From Macrostomum lignano (lineage: Eukaryota): a DNA stretch of 64,000 nt. This document shows, in pieces, positions 21,520-34,988 of this stretch. The notes below the pieces were generated by a model. It searched no databases and was not told the origin of the DNA. It saw only the letters and a program-made list of their open reading frames with translations. Both the position numbers and the translations under genes were made by a program. How positions within the stretch are numbered: position 1 is the first letter of the stretch; every line of letters begins with the position of its first letter. The stretch lies in the NCBI GenBank assembly GCA_002269645.1, contig NIVC01001653.1, forward strand, positions 1 to 64,000, in the 5' to 3' direction.

Positions 21520-22115
21520 TATGATTGCACTGCTGTCATCAATGATTGCACTGCTGTCATCAATGATTGCACTGCTGTCATCAATGATTGCACTGTTGTC
21601 ATCAATGATTGCACTGTTGTCATCGATGATTCCACTGTTGTCATCAATGATTGCAATGCTGTCATCGATGATTGCACTGCTGTCATCTATGATTGGACTG
21701 CTGTTATCAATGATTGCACTGTTGTCATCAATGATTGCACTGTTGTCATCGATGATTCCACTGTTGTCATCAATGATTGCGATGCTGTCATCGATGATTG
21801 CACTGCTGTCATCTATGATTGGACTGCTGTTATCAATGATTGCACTGTTGTCATCAATGATTGCACTGTTGTCATCGATGATTCCACTGTTGTCATCAAT
21901 GATTGCAATGCTGTCATCAATGATTTCACTATTGTCATCAATGATTGCAATGCTGTCATCGATGATTGCACTGCTGTCATCTATGATTGGACTGCTGTTA
22001 TCAATGATTGCAATGCTGTCATCAATGATTTCACTATTGTCATCAATGATTTCACTATTGTCATCAATGATTGCACTGCTGTCATCAATGATTGCACTGC
22101 TGTCATCTATGATGG
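21520..22115. repeat. 21-bp minisatellite (ATGATTGCACTGTTGTCATCA)n, about 28 copies
   Basis: Tandem units are visible. ORFs 21499..22134 and 21521..22126 are artefacts of the repeat. Confidence 0.95.
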
Positions 22116-23029
22116 CAGCGCTATGAGACGGCACGTTGCAAAAATTTAATCAATTATTTTAGCCCACAATACTAAAATGACTGGTGTATATTTAGTTAGG
22201 TATGCGATTGATTTCAGAAAAAAAGCTCAAACGATTTTCCTGTAACTTAAAATGCTACCAAAACAGTTTAAACAAAACTCATAGCAAAAGCGTTTTCGAA
22301 CGTTTAAATGTTGCTTTACTTAAGTCTTAGTAGTTGAAAGTCAAAGAATGCAGGTATTGTGGTCAGAGAAGCAGGTATATGAAGGCGCTTTGCTTTGCTT
22401 TTTTGGAGAAGGCAGACTTGCACAATGGCCGGTTTTTAACCAAGCTTAAACATCGCACGACTACGCAGGAATGAAAAGCTTTAGAATGCTTGAAATTTAT
22501 GTCAACAAGTCTATTCACAAAGAAGTCGCCAGAGAAGAGAAATAAAATATGAAATGAAATTCTGGCGCACTGCGAGCCACAATGCTCAGCGCTGGCTATT
22601 TTAGTTTATTGCCAAGAGAAACAACATAAAGCCTGGCAATTGCATTCTCAGCCGAGCTGCCCCCTCAATATGGTTGCTATGGCCTTAAAGTCATGCCTAG
22701 CAGCAGGGGTTTGCAGATCACGCCACCCGAGAGACTGTGCTCTCCTGCCCTGCTCAAACTCTGCGCGCGGCTCACGCCATGGCGCGACCGTCGCCGCCAT
22801 GTTACACCGGACGCCCCCCTGGCACAGCGCAGCGAAAGCAAGCAACCCCCCCCCCCAGTCAGTTTGCCATTGGCACACATCTCGCACCCCGCCGCAGTGA
22901 GGTGGGCTTGGATCAGGGCGTCTCCGCCGTTGAATATTTAATGCTCCGTGTGCCCAGCCCAGTTCTCACACAAGCCCCGAATTAACTATCGCGAACTGAC
23001 CAGTGAGCTGAACTCGAACAGACCGAAAG

Positions 23030-23452
23030 ATGGGAGGAGAGTTTCAGAATGGACTTTGCGGCTGCTTCAATGACTGCGGTAAGTTGATTCACACTTGCAG
23101 TTCCAGCTAAAACCACAAGTTCCTCACCGTGCGACACTGGACCAATGCACTGCCTTTGAAATTATCCGCAGGTCTGTGCGTGATCACCTATTTTGTCCCC
23201 TGCTACACCTTCGGCAAGAACGCCGAAGCGGTCGGGCAGAGCTGCGTACTATGCGGCTTGGGCATGTTCTTCGGCTTCGCCATCTGCCTGGGCCCGTTCA
23301 TCCGCGGCAAAATCCGCGAGAAGCAGGGCATCGACGGCAGCTGCTGCGGAGACGTGCTGACCTGGTGGTTCTGCTCGTTCTGCGCCCTGATGCAGGAGGC
23401 CCAGGAGGTCAAGGGTCTCAGTCCTAGCGGGGCTGCTATCGAGAGAGAATGA
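23030..23452 (+). CDS. PLAC8/cornifelin-family Cys-rich protein, 109 aa; exons 23030-23078 and 23172-23452
   Basis: The spliced product MGGEFQNGLCGCFNDC|GLCVITYFVPCYTFGKNAE...IRGKIREKQGIDGSCCGD....FCSFCALMQEAQE has the PLAC8 signature. The phase-1 intron is GTAAGT...CCGCAG. Confidence 0.93.
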
Positions 23453-24550
23453 AAGCTGCGACTGACTACGCACCATCACGAACTACCCACGCTGGTTATC
23501 GTATAAACGACACTAATGTAGCACTTTAGTTTGAAACATGACCCGTTAATCTCTTTTTTCTCGCTCCCTCAAGCAGGCTTTTTTTCCCAGCTGAAAAAAA
23601 TCAATGACTTATTTGTTCGATTTTAAATAAACGAGTTTTATAACAGTGCATCTATAGTAAGCATACTATGAAGTAGAAAAGTACGATTGCAACAACGGTG
23701 TGCATGTGTTCAAGCGAATTTGCGACAGCAATGCGGTGGGCTAAAACTGAACTGTGATAAAGTATTGTGCAGAACTTTAAACAAAAGATTGCATGCTGAG
23801 CAGATCTGCTCAAACAGACAGACTCTTGGGCGTATCGTAGGAAATTCTAATTAAAATTCTTTCCAAGCTGCATCTGGTTCGAGACTGTGTGCCTCTCTTT
23901 GTCTTGCTGGTTCGTTTACTCAGAGAGCAGCGTTTAAACAATCTAAGGCTTCTTTTAAAGCCGTCCTATTTTGTAGAGCGTCTTTCAAAAAACTTACAAA
24001 AGTTTTAGTCTTATCTACTACTAAAAGTATTGAGATTGAATGGCCAAGGCGGACAAGGTGCTTCCGGAGCTATACATGCTGAAATGTTTGGCCTCAGAAA
24101 GTATAGTTACCAGGAACGCACCAGAAAGACAGCTGGGGACTTTGGACTGGGATGAGGGAGTGTTTCCACTGTACAATGCATTTCGCTTCACTGCCCTCGA
24201 ATTTTCAGCTGCGTCCCACACAGAGTCAGGCCCGGCCCCGTGTGAACCAGAATCTGAAAGAACATTGAGGGATGAGGGAAAGGGAGGGTTCAGTCCCGAG
24301 GTTTGAATGCGGCTAATATCTTTTACTGCAGGAAAGGCTTGGAACCTTTCGATCCTGCACAAACAAGAGGGATGGGATGAGGGGTGAACCAGGCGGAACA
24401 CTAGAGACCCAGGTACCTGACCTAACGGAAGAATCTGTAGACTGAAGCAAATAAGAGGCTGCAATTCCTTGGCTCGATCCATTGGCAAGACAGTATTACA
24501 GTTTGAAAAATTGAAAAAGGTGCGATTGATTGACAAACAGCAAGAAAGCA

Positions 24551-26745
24551 ATGCCGACAGTTCGCAGTGTTGTCAGGAACTTCCACGAGTATGGTCACAG
24601 AACGTCAATGCACGGTCTGGGCCATATGTACCAGAGCGGCGATCTGTGCCGGAAGGCGTTCTGGTTCGTGCTGACCATTGCGGGAACCTGCGCCTGCTTC
24701 TTCCACGTGATCATGACGGTGCAGAACTACTTGGAGACGCCGGTCACCTCCATTCTGATTGATGACGCAGCGATGGCCGAGTTCCCGGATGTGACCCTGT
24801 GCAACTTGAAGCCGATGTCCGAGTCGCTGGGCGAGTACTACAAGGATGTGGTGCACCAGCACTTTGAAGACAATTGGGGCTTCTTTGAGCAGTGGTGGCC
24901 TAATGAGAGAAAACGGCAGGTTAATGAGTCCCGAGTTGACTATCAGCGAAGACTTAGGAAAATATTTGAGCGCTACCTGCAGATATTCTGGGTGTCGGAC
25001 GACAGCCGAGACCTCGGCATGATGGACAAGGTGATGCTGCTGCACTGCTCCTTCAATGGAATTCCGTGCGGCCACAAGAACTTCAGTCTGGTGCAGAACT
25101 ACCGGTACTGGAACTGCTACACGTTCAGTCCGTCGCCGCAATTCAGATTTGCAAGCAGCGGTCACACTGAGGACACGGGCTTGAATCTGATTCTGTACAC
25201 GGATAGCAACTTTCACGAGTCAATCTACGACCAATTCGCTGCTTATAGTCGACAAAAGTTTGACGAAGAAGAGATGACGCATCCCTATTCGCTAAAGGAG
25301 TACATTACGACAGGTGGACGCACTTTCAATAGAATTCTTTCAGGCGGGCGGTACGACATTGAAGGCATTAGAATCTGGCTGCACATGAGAGTTGATCATC
25401 CCATGATGTGTAAGTTTTAATCTGATTTACTGTGTGAAACGCCTGTATTAATATGCAAGTAAATACACGCATGCGTGCCATGCCATTTTATTTCCAGCCT
25501 CGATATACAACGACGTTCAAAACGGCAAGTCGGCTTTGGTTCACGTGGATCAGATGCAATACGTGACTCTGAACCAGCCAGGCGAGCGGCAATGCACCAA
25601 TGATCCGCAGGAGATCATTGAGTACACAACCAGCTTCGGTCACAACCCCAGCACCGAGAGGAAGCGCCGGTACACCAAAACCGACAGAGAATTCGCGGTG
25701 GAGGCGAAGCAGCAATTCGTGTTCGATAACTGCGGCTGTTATTCGCATCATTTCCCTTTCCACGTCAATCTGACGCAGCTCTGCTATTTCGTGCCGCTGG
25801 CGCTCAGGCGACACCCGAGCAAGAAGCTGCTGGACCGCGTAGCTTGCCACGACGAACACCTGCGCATAGCTGAAGAGAACTCGTACAATTTTATCCAGGA
25901 CTACCTCAAGTACAAGCCCTGTGAGTACAGGAAGTTCACCACATTCAAGACCATCAGCACATGGCCTAGAAGCGATGAGCACATCGACTTTGTGAACGAG
26001 TTCCTCATCCCCAAGATGCAGAGCGGCAAGGAGTTCATCGGCAAAGGAGACGCTCACGTGCATCACATTTTCAATTTTACCAATGAAAACTCTGCCGCGT
26101 TATTAAATAAACCGATCTTGAGCCACGAGGAGCTGGCACTGAGTCGACTGCTCAACCAGGATTGTCATCCGAACAAGAGTGCGGAGGACTCAATCCGCGA
26201 CATGTGGTGCTTAGACAAGGAAAAGATGGCCTACAACGTGCTGCAAGTGATTATCAGACTTACTTCACCAGCGGCTGCGAAATACGAGGAGAAATTCAGC
26301 TACGAATGGCCGGAAGCTCTCTCTGAAGTGAGTTACTGAAGTCCTGAAGCAGGGAGAGCGTATGTTTTGCGACCTGTAATTATTTAATGATCCTTAAATA
26401 TGCTGAAGCTTAGAATCAAGCTTTGCTCATGTAACGTCGCATAGGTCTCAGCTTAATAAAAATTGCTACACAACATCACTATTTCATTTATCTCAGATCG
26501 GTGGAATATTCGGCCTGTGGGTTGGAATGAGCCTGCTGACTTTCTTCGAATTCATTGAGCTTTTCTACGTCATGGTCGTCAGCCGCGATTCCAGGCCTCA
26601 GCAGCAGCCGAGCGGCGATCGCGAGAGTCTGCCAAATAGCAGCAGCATGCAGCATCAGATGGAGCTGCTGCTCAGCCGCCTGATGGAGGAGGAAACGATC
26701 CGGCGAGCTCCCGGTCCCGTACAGATGACAGCAGGGCGACGGTGA
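24551..26745 (+). CDS. DEG/ENaC (amiloride-sensitive channel family) subunit 1, about 645 aa; exons 24551-25409, 25498-26327, 26497-26745
   Basis: Pre-TM1 TSMHG motif, TM1, FPDVTLCN, CSFNG, YWNCYTF, a Cys-containing thumb, and TM2 IGGIFGLWVGMSLLTFFE. Intron phases are consistent. Confidence 0.95.
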
Positions 26746-27588
26746 CATCGGCATTAAAACGCCTGGCCGAATATTTACCCAAGCGACGGCTAACTTTTCC
26801 AAGAGTGCTCGCGGCAGTTACGTTGAAATTGGTACAATTACTACATTTTCTTTTGCTAACAATTTTCATCTGATTTTAACGTGCTTGAAGATTGATCGTA
26901 GTAATGTACTGTGATGTCATCCAGAATGCATCCCGTGACTTCGAGATATGAAGCTCTATAATACTGTAGAGGCCAGTGAAACTTGAGTATTCAGCAATGC
27001 TGAGGACAAAGTCTACGAGCCATCCACTATCCACCATCAAAAGCTGCCGCAGCAGCACAACTCTGCACCAAGCCTACTGCATCCGAAATAGAGAAATTGT
27101 ATTCGCGAGAAGGCTTGACCGCGTGCACTTTGATAACAAAGACAGCCGTATTGATTTTTTCGACTCCTTTCGATTATTTTCGTTACCAAGTTATAGCGTT
27201 GATCCTGCCACTATTGCACAGGTAAGGGGAAAGCCAGTAAAAGACTGCCCTGCAAAACCAGTTCAAGTTCTTTGTAAGGATTTACACAGATGAATCGAAG
27301 TGTTTTGGTAATCTAAACAGTTATGTAAACAATTGCATATTGTAGCATGGAATCGGTGAAAAAACGAATAAGCTTAGTTTTCAGGAGTCATATATAATAG
27401 TCAGCACTGTGTAAGTTACACTTAAACTTTCTGCACATAGGTAGAATAATCTATGTTACATTGGTTTCAAATTTCTATAAGGAAATCAGGTAAAAACTAC
27501 TTGCTTGGCTTTTGCTTCAGGTTTACTATGGTAAAGTAGAAAGCCATGAACCCACTCAGCTTCGTACTGATGGGTATTTTATCGTATA

Positions 27589-27733
27589 GGGGGTTGTAGC
27601 CTAGTGGTTAGAGCGTCGGACTCACGACTGAAAGGTCGGGGGTTCGATTCTAGATACAACTCAGAACAATTTGTGTCCTTGAGCAAGACACTTAACTCTG
27701 CATTGCTTCAGTTCACCCAGCTGTAAAATGGGT
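27589..27733 (+). mobile_element. 3'-truncated CORE-type tRNA SINE
   Basis: Intact tRNA-like head GGGGTTGTAGCCTAGTGGTTAGAGCG...GGTTCGATTC plus the CORE block. It ends after CTGTAAAATGGGT. Confidence 0.85.
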
Positions 27734-28302
27734 TTTGGCACAATTTCAAAAGTAGTTAAAATTAATACTAGCTCATAGTTGCTACTAAAATCAGAAAGTC
27801 TCTGCCATTCCTTTTGCAGCTTCATTGGCAAAGAATTAAATTCAAAAAAATTTGACAAACACGAGAAAGAAATCTTAATCCGCTAAATTTAATTGTCACA
27901 CGCTTTTTAAAAATTGGGTAGGCTTCCCAGCTGAGGTCACGAACACAGCGACCATGTTGTCGCTTTGGATTGCATTGCGACGCTAATTGCTATTCATTTT
28001 GGAATAAACCGAACTGGAAACTCACTGGGCAATTTGCCTGGTTCAGTTCACTCACGGCATGATAATGAGAGTGGAACAGTAAATGGGGAGTCATATCTGA
28101 GCTGCGAATCTTGCGCTGACCGGAAGCCGGAAGTTATAGAAACAATTTGGCCAACCCTCGGACCAAGCGCTCATCCATTGGGCCTGAACTCGGATGAGCA
28201 TAATTTCCCCAGTTAATTGCCTGTCATATAAGCATACTCACCAAACTCGGGAAAGCTCCACTCCCTTAGTCCCACTGCACCTGCCCAGCCTAGCAGCCAG
28301 CC

Positions 28303-30462
28303 ATGCCCCCTACACGGCGCAGCGTATTGAAAAAATTCCACGAATATGGCCACAGGTCGTCCATGCACGGCCTGAGCCACATGTACCACACTAACGACAA
28401 CTGTCGAAAAATCTTCTGGTTCGTGCTGACCATCGTTGGCACTTTTGCCTGCTTCTTTCACGTCACCATGACAGTGCAGAACTACTTGGAGACGCCGGTC
28501 ACGTCCATTCTGATTGACGACTTAGTTAAGGCTGAGTTCCCGGATGTGACCCTGTGCAACTTGAAGCCGATGTCCGAGTCTCTGGGAGAGTACTACAAGA
28601 ATGTGGTGTATCAGCACCTTAACAGCACCTTCAATTTCTTCGACAACTGGTGGCCAGAGAAGCGAAAGCGTCGAGCCAATGAGTCCCGAGTTGCGTATCA
28701 TCGAAGGCTGAATGACATATTCGAACGGTTTTTGCAGATATTCTGGGTGTCGGACGACAGCCGAGACCTAGGCATGATGGACAAGGTGATGCTGCTGCAC
28801 TGCTCCTTCAATGGAATTCCGTGCGGCCACAAGAACTTCAGTCTGGTGCAGAACTACCGGTACTGGAACTGCTACACGTTCAGTCCGTCGCCGCAATACA
28901 GATTCGCAAGCAGCGGTCACACGGAGGACATGGGCTTGAATCTGATTCTGTACACGGATAGCAACTTTCACGAGTCCGTCTACGAAGCAATGACTTCGTA
29001 CAGCCGGAAGAAAACGGATGAAGAAGAGATGATGAAGCCGTACTCACTGCGGGAGTTAATCACTAGTGGCGAACGCACTTTTAACCAAATCTTGTCAGGC
29101 GGTCGGTACGATATCGAAGGCATTAGGATCTGGTTGCACAGCCAGTATGACTATCCCATGCTTTGTAAGCTTGCCTATCTCAACTTTATCGCATTATTTT
29201 TCATCGTACAGATTTTCTCTCAAATCCACTTGTTTCAGCCAATACCTACATAGACCTACAGAACGGCTTCTCCGCCATGCTAGACGTCGACCAGACCAAA
29301 TACGTGACGCTGAATCAGCCGGGTGAGCGCGAGTGCACCATGGCGAAGCAGCCGAACATCTGGTATGTGACCAGCTTTGGCAGCAATTCTAACGGCATTC
29401 GACGACGAAAGTACACGAGGACGGACCGCGAGTCAGTCGTGGAAGCCAAGCAGCAGTACGTCTACCGCAAGTGCCGCTGCTACTCTCACCATTTTCCATT
29501 TCAAGTGAACACCACGGAGCTCTGCTACTATGTCTCCAAGGAGCACAGCGTCAATCCGCCTGGCGAGCTGATTAATCGGATCTCCTGTCACGACGCGTCC
29601 GTCTTGGAGGCGGAGGCCGATTCCTATAAGTATATTAAACAATTTCGGAACTTTAAGCCGTGCGAATACACAAAGTTCATCGCGTACAAGACCTCAAGCT
29701 CCTGGCCAAGAAACGATGATTATATTTCATTCATCAATGAGTACTTGCTGCCCAATTTGTACAACGGTTCGGAATACATCAACGTTGAGACAGACCAGCA
29801 CTCTCATCATATTTTTAACTTTTCCGATCCTAGCGTTGTGGCAGTTCTCAATGGTTCTGAGCCACTGAGCCACGAGGACCTGGTCATCAAGGAAATGTTC
29901 ACCGGAGGCTATGGTTGCCCGAAGGATAATAAGACAGATGGCGAGCTTATCAACCGGTGGTGCATGGACAAGTCCAAACTATCATTCAACGTGCTGAGAG
30001 TCATCATCAAGCCGACTTCTCCTGCCGCAGCAAAATACGAGGAGAAATACAGCTACGAATGGCCGGAAGTGCTCTCTGAGGTAGCTTTTTCAATGCTTGC
30101 TCACCAAATTGTTTCAAATTTTTACCGTTTTTTTAGCTTTTCGAATAAATACATGGCTTTTATACCAACAGATTGGCGGTATCTTTGGCCTGTGGGTTGG
30201 CATGAGCCTGCTGACATTCTTTGAGTTCATCGAGCTGGTGTACATAATTGCGGCAAACCGGACCGACCCACCCTCTGTGCTGCGCATCGATCAGAATTTG
30301 GCGCCGGAGCAGCTCGAGCAGCCGCTGAACCGCATCAATATTGATGAAATCGAGCTGACTGCCGGAGCAAAGTCGGAGCAGAATGCTGCGGAGGTGGTGA
30401 AGTCCGACGAAAATGATGGAGAGGCCAAGGAGGAGCCAGAAAATCACAGCAACGTCGTCTGA
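28303..30462 (+). CDS. DEG/ENaC subunit 2 (tandem paralog), about 664 aa; exons 28303-29164, 29239-30080, 30172-30462
   Basis: Same motifs (SSMHG, FPDVTLCN, GLWVGMS) and the same two intron positions and phases as paralog 1. Confidence 0.95.
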
Positions 30463-30475
30463 CAGACAGAAAGAC

Positions 30476-30536
<61 letters not shown>

Positions 30537-30560
30537 GGACAGACAGACAGACAGACACTA

Positions 30561-30611
<51 letters not shown>
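30460..30611. repeat. (GACA)n microsatellite, left part, starting at the stop codon of channel 2
   Basis: Directly visible; it continues at 35220-35360. Confidence 0.95.
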
Positions 30612-30884
30612 TGTTATTGCCACCTAGTTGAATTAGCCTAGCAGGGCGGTGCCTGTTCCCAGCGCTCTCTCTCTCTCTCGCCCGCTCTGTCCTAATCAAT
30701 AGCGTAGCAATGTACATGTTCATGAATGTACGCATCGTTCACTGTCACCTAAGAAATATATATATATTGGGCCCACGGCCATATGGGGCCTTAAGCCTTT
30801 CGTTTCGCGCTCACACTGCCGCCTTCACTATCGCAGTCTTTACAGTGGCATCGCAAGCAGAGCTTACCCCTACGGTTAGCCACA

Positions 30885-33800
30885 ATGGCGCATTTCATCT
30901 CCCTGCCACCGCCTGAGCAATTCAGCACAAACACTGATCAACAAAACATCTCTAAACGGTGGAGCGTGTGGGCCGATCGCTTCCGCGACTTTATCGACGC
31001 ATCCGGAATTACGGCCGAAACTCTGAAGTGCAAACTGCTGTCCTACACGGCAGGCAGGGAGATCGCCCAAATCGTCAAGGACCTGCCGGACGACAAGAAA
31101 GACAGCCTCAGCAACTTGCTGGCCGCTCTTACAGCACACTTTGACGAACGCAAGAGTATCGTCTTCGCCCGCTACCAGTTCAGACTTTGCGTGCAGCAGA
31201 CTGGAGAGCCAGTGGACGCCTGGTACGCTAGACTAAAGGCAGCTGCTGAAGCCTGCGAGTTCTCCACCCTGAAGGATTCTCTCATTAGAGACCAGATCGT
31301 CGCAACTTGCTGCTCCGACAAGCTCAGACGGCGACTGCTCCAGGAGAGCAACATCGCATTGAACGATGCTCTCAGACAGGCTCGGGCACTAGAAGCCGCG
31401 GAAGAGCAGGCCACAGCCATGGAGAGCAGCAGCAGCAGCATCGCGGCCATTCACAAGTCGGCATCAAACCAGCGCAGAGACCAGCCACAGCTAAACGGCC
31501 AGAGGCCGACATTCGCCTCCAACACCACCTGCTACCGCTGTGGAGAGCGCGGCCACAGCAGCTGCGGCGCCGCGAAAGGGAAGACCTGCTCGTCATGCGG
31601 CAAGCCCAACCACCTCGCAAAGGCCTGCAGGCAACGCCGGCAGCAGAACTCTTCCAGCATCAACGTGGTTGCAAACAACACGGACGGCAGCTCAATCTAT
31701 GTCTCGCCCGACAACCTCACCGAAGAAGCATTCACGATACAGACGCCGGCTGCGTCGTCAGGGCAGAGATCGGCCAACATGCGCCTGCAGATCGAAGGGA
31801 AAGAATTCAACGTGCTGGTCGACAGCGGCGCGAGCTGCAATGTCATGAGCGAGCAGAACTTCCAACACCTGCAGCACGTTCCCCTGCGTGGCGCCACCCA
31901 GCAGATCTTCAGCTATGGCTCATCAACACCGCTGCAAGTGCTTGGCCTTGCCGATCTAGCTCTCCGCACCGACTCAGATGAGCTACAAGCCCCGTTTTTC
32001 ATCACCAAGGGCAGTGGCATCACTCTGCTTGGGCGCAACACCGCCTTCGACATGGGAATCCTACACATCCAGCAGCCGGCCCGACAGATCAACGCTGTGA
32101 AACCTCGTGACAGCGCCGAATCCTCGACATTGAAGAAGCTACTCGCCAAACACGATCAAAATCTGGACAACGACCTACAACCGGACTTACGGTTAGGCAA
32201 CATACTTTGCGAGTTCCAGCCAGTTTTTGAAGGCCTTGGCCGGGTCAAGGACGTTGAAGTCGACGTTCGGCTGCGCCCCGAAGCCGTGCCAGTGTGCCAT
32301 CCACCGTCCAGGATACCCGTCCACCAGCGACAGGCCGTCATCGACGAGCTACAGCTCCTGCTAGATGAAGGCATCATCGAGCGCGTGCATTTGCCTTCAC
32401 CGTGGGTCTCCCGGATGGTTGTCGTGCCAAAGGAGTCTGGCGGCATTCGTATTTGCCAGGATCTTGGCAATGTGAACTCTTTTGCCGTGCCGGAAAAGCA
32501 GCCGATCCCGACCTTCGAGGAAATCACTGACGACATGGCGGGCTCGACCGTATTTAGCGAGTTAGACATCACGAAAGCCTTTCACCAGATCCCCGTGAGC
32601 CCGGAGTCCCGCCACCTCTTCACCTTCAGCACCCCGCTGGGCCTCATGCGACTCACCAGGCTCAGCATGGGTTTCACCAACGCGTCGGAGGTGCTGCAGA
32701 GAGTCATGACGGGAGTCCTCAGCGGCCTAAATGGTGTCAGGTGGGCCCACGACGATATCACGATCTTCGCGCGCAACATGGCCGAACACAACAGCCGTTT
32801 GAAGGCGTGCCTCCAGCGCCTCAGAGACCACGGGATCACCCTTAACCCCGATAAGTGCCGTCTCGCCCAACCTTCCATCGAATTTCTCGGAATGCGCATC
32901 AGCGCCAGCGGCGTCCAGCCAACAGAGGAGAAAATAAAGGCGCTCAAGGCCTTCAAGGAGCCCACGAACACATCGGAGCTACGCTCATTCCTTGGGCTGG
33001 CAACCTACCTGTCAAGGTTCATTCCTAACTTCTCCGACCTGACTCAACCGATGCGAGAGCTGCTCAAGAAGGGGCCACGTCTGGAGCTGGACGGACAAGC
33101 AGCAAGAAGCCTTCAAGCAAACTAGGGCCGCCATTTGTTCAGAAAACATTCTGGCCTTCTTCGACGTCAACATGGAGACGGAGGTGCACGTGGACGCCTC
33201 GCCGGTCGGCCTCGGCGCTATCCTGAGCCAGACGGACAAGAGAGGAGTCCGCAGACCTATCGCCTTCGCCAGCAGATCGCTGACGGCCGTCGAGCAACGG
33301 TATGCTCAGATAGAGCGGGAGGCACTTGCTGTGAAGTTTGGCTGCCTCCGATTCGAGCACTACCTCAGCGGCTGCCCAAGGTTCACCATCGTGACAGACC
33401 ACCGCCCGCTGGTACCACTCTTCCAGCCGGGGTCTCGGCCGCCGCCCAGAATCGAGCGTATGGCACTGAGAGTGCAGCACCTCAGCTTCAACATCATCTA
33501 CCAGCCCGGGCCGCAAAACCCAGCCGACGTGCTCAGCAGGCAGCCGCAAATGCAGACAACCGACAACACCGGCGAAGTGCTCGACCGGCAGTTCATCAAC
33601 GCCATCGCCCTCGGATCAACGCCACAAGGTCTCAGCTTCGAGTCAATCAAGCAGGCGGCCAGGCTCGACGGTGTCACTCAGGCAGCCATTTCGGCACTTC
33701 AGACCAACCAGTGGACCAGCAACGACCATGAGCTCCGTGCGCTTGCCTGCATCCGGCAAGAACTGTCGGCCCACGACGGCGTTCTGCTTCGCGGTTCTTC

Positions 33801-34884
33801 GATCATCGTGCCAGCGAGTCTTCGGCGAGTAGTACTCATGCTGGCGCACAAAGGCCATCAGTGCTGGCGGAAAACGCTAGACCGGCTTCAAACGAAGGTG
33901 TGGTGGCCAGGCATGAGGGGCGACTGCCAGGTCTTCGTGCAAAGCTGCCTCGCCTGCCAAGCAACGTCGCCTAAAACGACCAATCCGCCACCTCTTCAGC
34001 CCTCGCAGCTCCCCGACGGAGCCTGGCTCGTCCTCGGCATGGACTTCTACGGTCCGGTGCAGGACAAAATGCTGCTAGTGACAACAGACCTTTACTCAAA
34101 GTTTCCAGAGATCAACATCGTCAGTTCGACCTCCGCAGAGGCTGTGCTGCCACACCTGAAAACTCTCTTCAGCAGGTACGGCATCCCACAAGAAATCATC
34201 AGCGACAACGGCCCACCCTTCAATTCTGCAGAGTTCCACAACTTTCTCGCTGAGCAAGGCGTCAAGCACCGCCGCATCTGCCCGCTGCACCCGGAGGCCA
34301 ACGGAGCGACCGAGCGCGTCAACCGATGCGTCAACAAGGTCGTCAGGGCGGCCATCGCCGAAGGCCGCAGCTGGCGCAGTGCCCTAGACGACTGGCTCCT
34401 CGCATACCGCGTCACTCCTCATTCGGCAACCGGAGTCGCGCCGGCCGAATTGCTAATGGGCCGGACCTTCAACGACACCGTCCCGTCGGCGCGCCCCTCG
34501 CAGCCCGTGTACCATCATCGCACACAGCTGACCCAGCGACACTCGGCCTACACCAGAGCGATGGCCAGGGACTTCAACCGTTCCCGGAGGGCCAAGGCCT
34601 GCAGCGTGAGGCCGGGTACTGCGGTGCTACGGAGGCGAAATCAGCGAACAAAGACTCAGACACCCTTCGAGGTCGAGCCCTGGACCGTCGTGGACAGGCG
34701 GGGTGACTCCTACGTGCTACAACAGGGCGACCGCACCTGCACTCGACACCTGACGCACATCCGCCCGCTGGTGGCGGCAGAGGGCGCTGCGGCGAACGCG
34801 GAACCGACGCCGCCAGAATGCGGCATTGCCCATCGGCCGCATCCCCGCGCAGCCAAAGACAAGCCAATCAGCTACAAGGACTGA
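30885..34884 (+). CDS. Gag-Pol polyprotein of Gypsy B, with a +1 frameshift in the G run at 33071-33074
   Basis: CCHC knuckles, VDSGAS, WAHDD, RNase H and integrase. Removing one G gives KKGHVWSW, collinear with KKGQAWEW in copy A. Confidence 0.92.
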
Positions 34885-34988
34885 TTTGGGGTTGGGGCTG
34901 ATTAAGGACTGGAACTATTGTACGAGTACTTCGATGACTGTCATTCGAGCTTTTATCCCCTCTTTGTTTCTTTCTGCTTTGGGAGAAG

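Noticed and set aside
21499-22134. (SSAIIDD)n and (MIALLSS)n proteins, antifreeze- or LRR-like
   Set aside because: The 21-bp minisatellite is open on both strands, with no splice or promoter support.
22640-22985. Short ORFs and a CTCF-like GCCAGGGGGGCG motif upstream of the PLAC8 gene
   Set aside because: The ORFs lack motifs and the CTCF match is imperfect. The region is most likely GC-rich promoter or 5' UTR sequence.
24021-24551. ORFs of 176 aa (minus) and 88 aa (plus) upstream of channel 1
   Set aside because: No recognisable motif and no consistent splice sites.
27589-27665. Functional tRNA gene (Val-like CTCACGA loop)
   Set aside because: The acceptor stem does not close and the sequence runs into a SINE CORE block. 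It is the SINE head, also present at 4255 and 11507.
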